Shown here piece by piece: positions 13,185-24,993 of a stretch of DNA of 64,000 bases. The stretch is from Mizuhopecten yessoensis (lineage: Eukaryota), in NCBI RefSeq assembly GCF_002113885.1, contig NW_018404135.1:76122-140121 (forward strand), in the 5' to 3' direction. Numbering within the stretch: the first letter of the stretch is position 1; each line of letters begins with the position of its first letter. The notes beneath the pieces were generated by a model. It was not told where the DNA came from. It saw only the letters and a program-made list of their open reading frames with translations, and did not search any database. The position numbers and the translations under genes are program-made.

Positions 13185-16147
13185 TTCATGTTAACGTGGA
13201 TATTGTAACAGTGCCCTTTGTCGTCACTTTATCACGTGAACGGGGATATTTTACCAGTGCCCTTTGTCGTCCCTTTTTCAGGTTAACGGGGATGTTTTAA
13301 CAGTGGCTTTGTCGTCCCTTTTTCACTTTAACGGGGATATTTTAACAGTGGCTTTGTCGTCCCTTTTTCACGTTAACGGGGAAATTGTAACAGTGCCCTT
13401 TGTCGTCCCTTTTTCACGTGAACGGAGACATTTTAACAGTGACTTTGTCGTCCCTTTTTCACGTTAACGGGGATATTTTAACGGTGCCTTTTGTCGTTCC
13501 CTTTTCACGTTAACGGGGATATTTTAACAGTGGCTTTCTCGTCTCTTTTTCACGTTAAAGAGGATATTTTAACAGTGGCTTTTGTCGTTCCTATTTCACG
13601 TTAACGGGGATATTTTAACAGTCCATTTTGTCGTCCCTTTTTCACGTTAACGGGGATATTTTAACAGTCCCTTTTGTCGTCCCTTTTTCAGGTTAACGGA
13701 GATATTATAACGGTGGCTTTGTCCTCCCTTTTTCACGTTAACGGGGATATTTTAACAGTGGCTTTCTCGTCTCTTTTTCACGTTAAAGAGGATATTTTAA
13801 CAGTGGCTTTTGTCGTTCCTATTTCACGTTAACGGGGATATTTTAACAGTCCATTTTGTCGTCCCTTTTTCACGTTAACGGGGATATTTTAACAGTCCCT
13901 TTTGTCGTCCCTTTTTCAGGTTAACGGAGATATTATAACGGTGGCTTTGTCGTCCCTTTTTCACGTTAACGGGGATATTTTAATGGTGCCTTTTGTCGTC
14001 CCTTTTTTACGTTAACGGAGATATTGTAACAGTGCCCTTTGTCGTCTCCTTTTCACGTTAACGGGGATATTTTAACAGAGGCCTTTTTCGTCCCCTTTTT
14101 CAGGTTAACGGGGATATTTTAACAGTGGCTTTGTCGTCCCTTTTTCAGGTTAACGGGGATATTGTAACAGTCCATTTTGTCGTCCCTTTTTTACGTTAAC
14201 GGAGATATTGTAACTGTGCCCTTTGACGTCTCCTTTTCACGTTATCGGGGATATTTTAACAGTGCCCTTTGTCGTCCCTTTTTCAGATTAACGGGGATAA
14301 TTTAACAGTGGCTTTGTCGTCCCTTTTTCAAATTAACGGGGATATTGTAACAGTCCCTTTTGTCGTCCCTTTTTCAGGTTAACGGGGATATTTTAACAGT
14401 GCCTTTTGTTGTCCCTTTTTCACGTTACCGGAGATATTTTAACAGTGCCCTTTGTCGTCCCTTTTTCAGATTAACGGGGATAATTTAACAATGCCTTTTG
14501 TCGTCCCTTTTTCACGTTAACGGAGATATTTTAACAGTGCCTTTTGTCGTCCCTTTTTCACGTTACCGGAGATATTTTAACAGTGCCCTTTGTCGTCCCT
14601 TTTTCACGTTCACGGGGATATTTCAACAGTGCCTTTTGTCGTCCCTTTTTCAGGTTAACGGGGATATTTCAACAGTGCCTTTTGTCGTCCCTTTTTCACA
14701 TTACCGGAGATATTTTAACAGTGCCCTTTTGTCGTCCCTTTTTCACGTTACCGGAGATATTTTAACAGTGCCCTTTTGTCGTCCCTTTTTCACGTTACCG
14801 GAGATATTGTAACAGTGCCTTTTGTCGTCCCTTTTTCAGGTTAACGGGGAAATTTTAACAGTGCCTTTTGTTGTCCCTTTTTCACGTTACCGGAGATATT
14901 GTAACAGTGCCTTTTGTCGTCCCTTTTTCACGTTAACGGAGATATTTTAACAGAGGCCTTTGTCGTCATTTTTTCATGTTAACGGGGATATTGTTACAGT
15001 GCCCTTTGTCGTCCCTTTTTCACGTTAACGGGGATATTTTAACAGTGGCTTTGTCGTCCCTTTTTCACGTTAACGGGGATATTTTAACAGAGGCCTTTTT
15101 CGTCCCCTTTTCAGGTTAACGGGCTTATTTTAACAGTGCCATTTGTCGTCATTTTTTCATGTTAACCGGGGATATTGTAACAGTGCCCTTTGTCGTCCCT
15201 TTTTCACGTTAACGGGGATATTTTAACAGTGGCTTTGTCGTCCCTTTTTCAGGTTAACGGGGATACTTTAACAGAGGCCTTTTTCGTCCCCTTTTCAGGT
15301 TAACGGGGATATTTTAACAGTGGCTTTGTCGTCCCTTTTTCAGATTATCGGGGATAAGTTAACAGTGCCTTTGTAGTCCCTTTTTCACGTTACCGGAGAT
15401 ATTTTAACAGTGCCCTTTGTCGTCCCCTTTTCAGGTTAACGGGTATATTTTAACAGTGGCTTTGTCGTCCCTTTTTCACGTTAACGGGGATATTTTAACA
15501 GTGCCCTTTGTCGTCCCTTTTTCACGTTAACGGAGATATTTTAACACTGCCTTTTGTCGTCCCTTTTTCACGTTACCGGAGATATTTTAACAGTGCCCTT
15601 TGTCGTCCCTTTTTCACGTTCACGGGGATATTTCAACAGTGCCTTTTTTGGTCCCTTTTTCAGGTTAACGGGGATATTTTAACAGTGCCTTTTGTCGTCC
15701 CTTTTTCACGTTACCGGAGATATTTTAACAGTGCCCTTTGTCGTCACTTTTTCACGTTCACGGGGATATTTCAACAGTGCCTTTTGTCGTCCCTTTTTCA
15801 GGTTAACGGGGAAATTTTAACAGTGCCTTTTGTTGTCCCTTTTTCACGTTACCGGAGATATTTTAACAGTGCCTTTTGTCGTCCCTTTTTCAGGTCAACG
15901 GGGATATTTTAACATAGCCTTTTGTCCTCCCCTTTTCAGGTTAACAGCGATATTTTAAAAGTGCCTTTTGTCGTCACTTTTTCAGGTTAACGGGGATATT
16001 TTAACAGTGCATTTTGTCGTCCCTTTTTCACGTTAACGGAGATATTTTAAAAGTGCCTTTTGTCGTCCCTTTTTCACGTTAACGGAGATATTGTAACAGT
16101 GCCTTTTGTCGTCCCTTTTTCACGTTAAAGGGGATATTGTAACAGTA
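13185..16147. repeat. 46/47-bp minisatellite array D (TCACGTTAACGGGGATATTTTAACAGTGCCTTTTGTCGTCCCTTTT), about 63 copies, plus an orphan unit at about 16476-16541
   Basis: Unit read directly; the length difference comes from homopolymer T/C runs. Confidence 0.98.
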
Positions 16148-16475
16148 TACATTTGTACATGTCTATTTGGGGAACAGTCAAAACTATCATCCCGAGGTAA
16201 GGGAATCCCTTGGGAACTGTTTGCCCGAGGCCTCTAGGCCGAGGGCAAACAGTTCCACAGGGCTTCCCCCTACCGAGGAATTGCAGTTTTGACTGTTCCC
16301 TCATAGCATTGAAACAATTGTTTTATTACCAAATAGATATTTTAATATCAATGCTGACCGGGAAAACAGTTTTGACTGTTTCACCGCTACAGCCGAAATT
16401 GGACAAAAAGCCAGAAACAGTCAAAAATGACTAATTCAAATTTATAAAGACTATTGGGTAATAATGGGTAATAAT
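16148..16475. mobile_element. Palindromic non-autonomous (MITE-like) element inserted near the end of array D
   Basis: Imperfect inverted repeat of about 130 bp at 16170-16300 (GGGAACAGTCAAAACT...GGAACTGTTTGCCC-GAGGCCTCTAGGCCGA-GGGCAAACAGTTCC...AGTTTTGACTGTTCCC); the array resumes after it. Confidence 0.65.
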
Positions 16476-16954
16476 GTCTTTTGTCGTCCTATTTTCACAT
16501 TAACGGGGATATTTTAACAGTGCCTTTTGTCGTCCCTTTTTATCAATTGCAATAACTGAATCTGTAGGTTTTCGATATGTTTCATATATCATCAGAACAA
16601 ATACGAACCGATATAAACATCGAAGTTCTTTTCTGTCAACTTGTAAAAATATTGTGTAGCATATATTAACACTCATTACTGAAAGCACTAATTATTTGCG
16701 ATAAATATATGTTGTCACCGTTTTGACGAATGAGCAAGGTATATATATGGGTGTTTGTGCAGTTTGTTCATTTGAATTTTCGCGAATATGTTATCAAAAC
16801 GAGTATGACGATTCACTAAATATTCAAATTTGCAAGTGCGATGAATATATACTAGCGGAAAAAAGAAACTGTGCATGCGGAGAATTGTAATACATGAAAA
16901 TTCACACACATGACCGAGTATGACACATACGCACTATCCGTGTGTCATTGACAG

Positions 16955-17647
16955 TTTTTATACGCCCGTCGAAGACGGGGACGTATTATGTTATCACGCG
17001 GGCGGGCGGGCGGGCGGGCATGCGAACGATGTCCGCTCGATATCTCAAGTAATTATTAACGGATTAACTTCAAACTTCACCACAAGGTTAATTACCATGA
17101 AACCTCGGACATGTTCGATAACCGCCATTATCCGACCATAATTTGTGGAGTTATGCCCCTTTATGGACTAGCGAAACAGTGTCCGCTTGATAACTCGAGT
17201 AATTATTAACGGATTAACTTCAAACTTCACAACAAGGTTAATTACCATGAATGCTCGGACAAGTTCGATAACCGCCATTATCCGACCATAATTTGTGGAG
17301 TTATGCCCCTTTATGGACTTGCCGAAACAGTGTCCGCTCGATATCTCGAGTAATTATTTACGGATGAACTTCAAACTTCACAACAAGATTAATTACCATG
17401 ACAGCTCGGACAAGTTCGATAACCGCCATTATCCGACCATAATTATTGGAGTTATTCCCCTTGGTTTCATTAATGCGATGCATGTGTTCCATGATGTTGA
17501 ATTTCACTCATTGATCTACCAGTTATGTTGAATGATTTCTCTTTCAATATCAATTACTCACAAATACTTCATATATTTCAATCATACAAACAACTGCTCA
17601 TTCAATGTGTAACGGGCGTATTATATACCGCTTGCGGTAACCTTGTT
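16955..17647 (+). mobile_element. Helentron-associated interspersed element (HINE / DINE-1-like, pearl/CvA type) nested in the Tc1 5' region
   Basis: T-run start; 5' subterminal IR TACGCCCGT (16961) with adjacent hairpin; (GGGC)n microsatellite; three core repeats of about 150 bp (17031, 17181, 17332); 3' subterminal IR ACGGGCGTA (17612-17620); hairpin TACCGCTTGCGGTA (17626-17639); ends CTTGTT. Confidence 0.88.
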
Positions 17648-17810
17648 CCCGTGTAATTTGCTCTCTAAAGGCGTTGACCAGTTTGCACGTTTTTCTCGTC
17701 CAGCCATCCAATTCGACAATGAAGGTTTATTTTTCAACTGTTGGGTCACTCTGTTGAGACCAGTGAACAGTAAAAACAGCATTATAACGTTTTAGTTTGT
17801 GATTAATGCT

Positions 17811-18825
17811 ATGCCGAGGCTCGATGGAAATGACCGCCTCCGGATTATTGATATGCTTCAAGTTGGTATGGGCCAAGCCGTTGTCTCTACGTTTTCATGT
17901 CCATCGAAACACAATCCGGGATTTGTGGAGAACGACATCAACAGTTTGGCCATGTCGGCGATCGACCTCGTGCGGGACGTCCATGTGTGACGTCACGTGA
18001 ACAGGACAAGCATATTCGACTTGTCCATTTGAGAAATCGCTTCCAAACGACATGTTTGACTGCACGGACAATCCCTGGGTTGCTACCAATAAGCCCCAGA
18101 ACTGTACGCAACCGATTGCGTGAACGAGCTATCAGTCCGCGACGTCCTGCAATCCGCCCAGTTCTTCTGCCAAACGTCATCGTTTAGCACGTCACGACTG
18201 GTGCAGAAGGCATCTGCGATTTACTCGACGGGATTGGGCAGGCATTTTGTTTACGGACGAGTCGCGAGTCCACCTGGATAGTAGTGACGGCCGTTCCAGA
18301 GTGTATCGTCGCGTTGGAGAACGTTTCCTTGACGCGTGTGTGGTACAACGACATTCTTTCGGCGGAGGCAACGTTATGATTTGGGGCGGTATCACAGCCA
18401 ACGGGAGAACGCCTCTGGTAATTGTTAACGGGAATTTGAACGTGCTACGTTACCGTGACGAGATCCTCCGGACCCACGTCGTTCCATTCGTGCAAGGGCA
18501 GCAACGTCACATTACGCTACAGCAGGACAACGCCAGGCCGCACACGGCTCGTGTCGCTATGGACTTTCTGGTCCAGCAGAACGTTGACGTGTTGCCCTGG
18601 CCTGCTGTATCCCCCGATCTGTCGCCCATTGAACACGTCTGGGATGAAATGAAGCGCAGATTACGGGCATTACCTAATCGACCGGTGACGCTGGCTGATT
18701 TGGCTGCAGCGTTGGTACAGATCTGGAATGCCATCCAACAAGCATTCGTGAACCGTCTGATAGGCTCCATGCGTCGACGTTGCCAGGCTTGCATTCAGGG
18801 AAACGGTGGACATACGAGGTATTAA
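17811..18825 (+). pseudogene. Frameshifted Tc1-family transposase (DD34E)
   Basis: MPRL... HTH start, GRP linker (RAGRPCVT), SPRTVRNRL, FTDES, WGGI, QQDNARPH, then exactly 34 residues from D to E in SPDLSPIEHVW, C-terminal GGHTRY. The N-terminal half is split over three frames. Confidence 0.95.
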
Positions 18826-21436
18826 CTATGTGAACTCAGTATTGACCCCTGCTGTGTTTACGTCACTCCTGAGCGGAACTTATTGATTCCATAACGTGGA
18901 AAATGGAATGCAACTGTTAATAAATAACAAATTAATTCTACCTGAAAATCTTGTTCTACGTCATACACATTTATTTTTATAACACATTTTAGGCATGCAC
19001 AGTTTCTTTTTTCCGCTAGTATATATTATTAATAAGCTGAACTTATCACCGAGATTTGTGCTATAATTTCAACGATTCTCCTCACTTGTTGTATCTCTCC
19101 GTGTACCTCGATAAAAAAAGCTGATATTGTCGCTGATTTATAGGATGTAGGCGCAGACTCCGGCTTTAATCATTGATATATTGTTAATAGCAATCAGCAA
19201 ACTATTCATCAATGCATTAGTTATCGTTACTAAGTCTGCATGAAAATAAATAGATAATCTTACATATCAACTGGATATATTTGCTGGTATGGTCACTGAT
19301 GAATTATGGGTAACAAACAGCTGCGCGCTCCTGACAATCAAATGGGAAGTGGAATTCGTAGCGCGATGTCTGGATGTCGAGACGAGCGGAAGAGCTCTTT
19401 AAATAATATGCTTGCATTGATAAATTGCACAACAAGATGTTTTCGTTCCATGTCTTTGCTGTAGACAGACTATTTAAAGTCAATATCGATAACAAATATG
19501 TATACCCGTCTCAGGCTTTTTAGTGCAAAGAAGAGCAATGGGAATCACATGTTTGTCCTGACGGAACTGAACAGACATTTTCTTTTCAACTTTGGAATAG
19601 CCATGAATTACATTTAAAGTTTAATTGAAATAAATGTAAATGTCACTTTCAACAAGTTTTTATAAGGACATTCATGAAAGTTTTATCTTTAATGCTATTT
19701 AGAGTCAGTTTAGAATTGGTACAATACATTTTGTCTTTCTCTCTTAAGAGCTACACTTTACTCGGAAGATTCTCTTTGACTTTAAACATTTTTTATTGTC
19801 CAAAAAGACTCTCTGAAGGAATATAGTCATCTATCTACACTAAAGTGCCCGAAATATTTGATTTTTTTTCCTTTTCAAATACATATGTATCAAACCAAGT
19901 CACTGGCACTATATCCGAACCTTAAGCCGTCTGTAACATAGGTAGACAAAATAATTTCACTTAATCACACAAGTTTGTCTACGCTTGTGCGCTGATCTCT
20001 GCCTTCCACTTTTCTAGGATTTAGCATTTCTTGTTGTTCACCTACATACTGATTGTAAACGAAGAAAACCCAAAATTATCAACATGGTTGCTAGTCTCCA
20101 TTGCATATTGATGTCTACTAATGCACTAAAAATAACCCCTAGTGAGACTTACATACAGGGGCGATAACTCTTACACAACCAAATGTGAAGATAAAAGTGC
20201 ACAACGCAGGATCACGAAAACTTGAAGACTTTTGGTTCGTCATAAAACTTTTTAGAATTAGAATCATGACGCATCATTTTAGAAAATGTTTTTTTTCAGA
20301 AAGCCTTTTGAACGAAATGAGTTTTGTATAATATCATTAGAACTAAATATGTTTTATTGCATCGTTAGAAGGAGGCGTTTTAGCTGTAATTTGAGAAGGA
20401 TCTGAGCGGTTCACATGGCGACAACGTAGACGCTTGCGTTGACAGGTTAATCGTATTGTATTACTAATTTATTGACATTAATTAAGACAAAATTCAGAAT
20501 ATCTTATAACATGCTAATTACCAAACGGTATACAATTGATACAATAAAGTCAACATAGGTAAAAACAAACGTAAAATATTTCACCGGATTTTGACAATAT
20601 TTTTCTGGAATATTCTTCGTAAAGATGAGCTTTGCTGCTGTACAGATGCTCCTATATCCTGTCGTTTGAAAAGTGATGTTGTATAATGATGTTGATATAT
20701 TTTGTAGATGGGATTGTAGCCTTCTTGTATATTGATTTATATAGAGTATTGTGTAGCTGGTCTGTTTGTCAACCTTATACTCTCAATACCAAAGATAACT
20801 CTGACACTTCTGTTACATTAAACTGGCTTTCAATGAATCTTTTATGTTGAAACTCTAATAGCTGTGTGGGGTAATCAACTGTGATGTGTACTCCAACTGT
20901 TCTCCTGTATTACTGTTATGTGTGGACAAATGGAGAAAGTGTCACCCTAGCTTCTCGGGTGAATGCAGACTGATTGTGATACATCTTAGATTGATATTTC
21001 AACGTCAATGAACACACATCAACTGCTATTATTCAAAAGTAGGTATCAATAACAACGACAGTTAGGAACTGCTATAAATGGCGGAAGGGAGTGGACCGTT
21101 GATGGGGGATCACAAATATCGTCATTGTCATGGCCATCTTCGTGACAGCACGTGCTTGTTGCGTTATCTCCATGTCAATAAAAGACCTTACCGACGCCAT
21201 ATACAGTAAGGCATCAAACTCGGAGTGAAATATTGAAAGGCTTTAGACTGTTCGTGACTTAATATGAATGTACTTTTTCATTTTATCATTGAATCCATGA
21301 CGTCATAACTACCCTAATTGTCCGATTACACATAGAAGTGACACCCAAATGAAGATTGGTGAATTAAAGCTCAGTTAAGGGATATAGTTAATGAGAAAGA
21401 ACCACTCTGTGATGAAATGTTGGGTATCCTGTCTCT

Positions 21437-24108
21437 GGGCAGTACAAAGAACGGGAGACTCGTAGTCTGCTACCCACAGTATTATACTGTTTATATTATC
21501 AAGGGCAGTACAAAGAACGGGAGGCTCGTAGTCTGCTACCCTCAGTATTGTACTGTTTATATTATCAAGGGCAGTAACAAGAACGGGAGACTCACAGTCT
21601 GCTACCCTCAGTATTATACTCTTTATATTATTAAGGGCAGTACAAAGAACGGGAGACCCGCAGTCTGCTACCCTCAGTATTATGCTGTTTATATTATCAA
21701 GGGCAGTACCAAGAACGGGAGACTCACAGTCTGCTGCCCTCAGTAGTATACTGTTTATATTATCAAGGGCAGTCCAAAGAACGGGAGACTCGTAGTCTGC
21801 TACCCACAGTATTACACTGTTTATATTATCAAGGGCAGTAACAAGAACGGGAGACTCACAGTCTGCTTCCCTCAGTAGTATACTGTTTATATTATCAAGG
21901 GCAGTCCAAAGAACGGGAGACTCGTAGTCTGCTACTCTCAGTATTATACTGTTTATATTATTGGGTATCCTGTCTCTGGGCAGTACAAAGAACGGGAGAC
22001 TCACAGTCTGCTACCCTCAGTATTATACTCTTTATATTATTAAGGGCAGTACAAAGAACGGGAGACTCACAGTCTGCTTCCCTCAGTAGTATACTGTTTA
22101 TATTATCAAGGGCAGTCCAAAGAACGGGAGACTCGTAGTCTGCTACCCGTACAAAGAACGGGAGACTCGTAGTCTGCACCCACAGTATTATACTGTTTAT
22201 ATTCTCAAGGGCAGTACAAAGAACGGGAGGCTCGTAGTCTGCTACCCTCAGTATTGTACTGTTTATATTATCAAGGGCAGTCCAAAGAACGGGAGACTCG
22301 TAGTCTGCTTCCCTCAGTATTATACTGTTTATATTGTCAAGGGCAGTACAAAGAACGGGAGACCCGCAGTCTGCTACCCTCAGTATTATACTGTACATAG
22401 AAGTGACACCCAAATGAAGATTGGTGAATTAAAGCTCAGTTAAGTGATATAGTTAATGAGAACGAACCACTCGGTGATGAAATGTTGGGTATCCTGTCTC
22501 TGGGCAGCACAAAGAACGGGAGACTCGTAGTCTGCTACCCGTACAAAGAACGGGAGACTCGTAGTATGCTACCCTCAGTATTATACTGTGTATATTATCA
22601 AGGGCAGTACAAAGAACGGAAGACACGTAGCCTGCTACCCTCAGTATTATACTGTTTACATTATCAAGGGCAGTACAAAGAACGTGAGACTCGCAGTCTG
22701 CTACCCTCAGCATTATACTGTTTATATTATCAAGGGAAGTACAAAGAACGGGAGACTTGCAGTCTGCTACCCTCAGTATTATTCTGTTTATATTATCAAG
22801 GGCAGTACCAAGAACGGGAGACTCGCAGTCTGCTCCCCTCAGTATTATACTGTTTATATTATCGAGGGCAGTACAAAGAACGGGAGACTCGTGGTCTGCT
22901 ACCCTCAGTATTATACTGTGTATATTATCAAGGGCAGTTCAAAGAACGGGAGACTCGTAGTCTGCTACCCGTACAAAGAACGGGAGACTCGTAGTATGCT
23001 ACCCTCAGTATTATACTGTGTATATTATCAAGGGCAGTTCAAAGAACGGGAGACTCGTAGTCTGCTACTCTCAGTATTATACTGTTTATATTATTGGGTA
23101 TCCTGTCTCTGGGCAGTACAAAGAACGGGAGACTCGTAGTATGCTACCCTCAGTATTATACTGTGTATATTATCAAGGGCAGTTCAAAGAACGGGAGACT
23201 CGTAGTCTGCTGCCCACATTATTATACTGTTTATATTATCAAGGGCAGTACCAAGAACGGGAGACTCACAGTCTGCTACCCTCAGTAGTATACTGTTTAT
23301 ATTATCAAGGGCAGTACAAAGAACGGGAGACTCGTAGTCTGCTACCCTCAGTATTATACTGTGTATATTATCAAGGGAAGTACAAAGAACGGGAGACTCC
23401 TAGTCTGCTACCCTCAGTATTATACTGTTTATATTATCAAGGGCAGTACAAAGAACGGGAGACTCGCAGTCTGCTACCCTCAGTATTATACTGTTTATAT
23501 TATCAAGGGCAGTACAAAGAACGGGAGACTCGCAGTCTGCTACCCTCAGTATTATACTGTTTATATTATCAAGGGCAGTACAAAGAACGGGAGACTCGCA
23601 GTCTGCTACCCTCAGTATTATACTGTTTATATTATCAAGGGCAGTACAAAGAACGGGAGACTCGCAGTCTGCTACCCTCAGTATTATACTGTTTATATTA
23701 TCAAGGGCAGTACAAAGAACGGGAGACTCGCAGTCTGCTACCCTCAGTATTATACTGTTTATATTATCAAGGGCAGTACAAAGAACGGGAGACTCGCAGT
23801 CTGCTACCCTCAGTATTATACTGTTTATATTATCAAGGGCAGTACAAAGAACGGGAGACTCGCAGTCTGCTACCCTCAGTATTATACTGTTTATATTATC
23901 AAGGGCAGTACAAAGAACGGGAGACTCGCAGTCTGCTACCCTCAGTATTATACTGTTTATATTATCAAGGGCAGTACAAAGAACGGGAGACTCGCAGTCT
24001 GCTACCCTCAGTATTATACTGTTTATATTATCCCAAGGGCAGTACAAAGAACGGGAGACTCGCAGTCTGCTACCCTCAGTATTATACTGTTTATATTATC
24101 AAGGGCAG
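21437..24108. repeat. 66-bp minisatellite array E (GGGCAGTACAAAGAACGGGAGACTCGCAGTCTGCTACCCTCAGTATTATACTGTTTATATTATCAA), with an internal re-copy of its 5' flank
   Basis: 22-aa periodic ORFs on both strands; near-perfect units at 23447-24108; flank 21331-21436 repeated at 22396-22501. Confidence 0.98.
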
Positions 24109-24530
24109 GTTTTATATTCGACACATGAGATTAATTGGAAATATCATAATTCCTTGTTTGTATTGTGCTCATCAGTGTGCGTTGTGGTATCGTTGTCACA
24201 ATCACTTTGTTGACGTGATATTGCTAAGATTTGAGTTATATATATGCAGGTATTGTCGATGAAGCAGAAACATACTCTCCTGGTCTTTTTCTTCTTATAT
24301 TTACCTATGGGCTAACGTCTTCAAACATCTCTTCATATTCTACCATGATTTCATCAGTTGGGAGTTTGAATTACGGTAACACTTTGATATTATTTACGTG
24401 GTTGTTTTAAAAAAGTGCTTAGGCTCAATTTAGAAATAATTTAAAGTGCAATGCTAATCATTTTGTAAATCAAGAAGTAAAGAACTTTACGATTATAAGG
24501 CAAATGTCACGACAATGTTACCGGACAAAA

Positions 24531-24993
24531 TCTCACCATCCTTTATACCAGAAGTTAGGCATCGTACGCGCATTGCTCAACAGATATGATGCAATTGTCA
24601 AAAAACAACAGGACAAAATACAAGAGAAAATAACACCACTAGGGCAATGGAAAACTGAGCATATCCTGAATGTGCCCTAAAACGGGTGCAAAAACATTGT
24701 CAAAGTAAGGGAAAGGACAAGAAAAAGCCAATCAAGGATGAAAACAAAATATAAAAGGTATATTCGAAACGATCCAGAGGATATATCGCGGTCATGGCAT
24801 AGCAACAGCCATAATGCCTAACAAGACGCTTCGTAATATCCTAGCTCATCCAAAGGATAGAACACCTAAAGAAAACGTCTTAGAGTGCGTACACCAAATC
24901 GGATGCAAAAACCGCGACACATCGTATATTGGAGCGACTGGAAAGCGAGCCTTGGTGAACACCAGAAAGACACAGAAACCCAAGAGCGAAAGA
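24531..24993 (+). mobile_element. Penelope-like element fragment, 5' part: RT C-terminus and first half of the GIY-YIG endonuclease
   Basis: Translates SHHPLYQKLGIVRALLNR..., AYPE (cf. GYPxW), KGIFETIQRIYRGHGI, PNKTLRNILAHPKD, VHQIGCKNRDTSYIGATG; this is the motif series of Penelope/Poseidon-type elements. Confidence 0.88.

Larger units (their letters stand above)
16850..19021 (+). mobile_element. Tc1/mariner DNA transposon with perfect terminal inverted repeats and a TA target site
   Basis: TIR TACTAGCGGAAAAAAGAAACTGTGCATGC at 16850-16878 and its exact reverse complement at 18993-19021, in an ATATAT context; encloses a transposase. Confidence 0.95.

Noticed and set aside
20155-20240. HINE core-like fragment (GGGCGATAACTC...)
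   Set aside because: Too short, with no subterminal repeats or hairpin to support a call.
21375-24262. Long repetitive ORFs (up to 414 aa) as a real repeat protein
   Set aside because: Open simultaneously in several frames and on both strands, frame-breaking indels, no signal peptide or unique domain; explained by the 66-bp unit.
24814-24993. A new autonomous retroelement class with an N-terminal GIY-YIG
   Set aside because: The TSD and the other half of the endonuclease at 28016 onward show a nested insertion.
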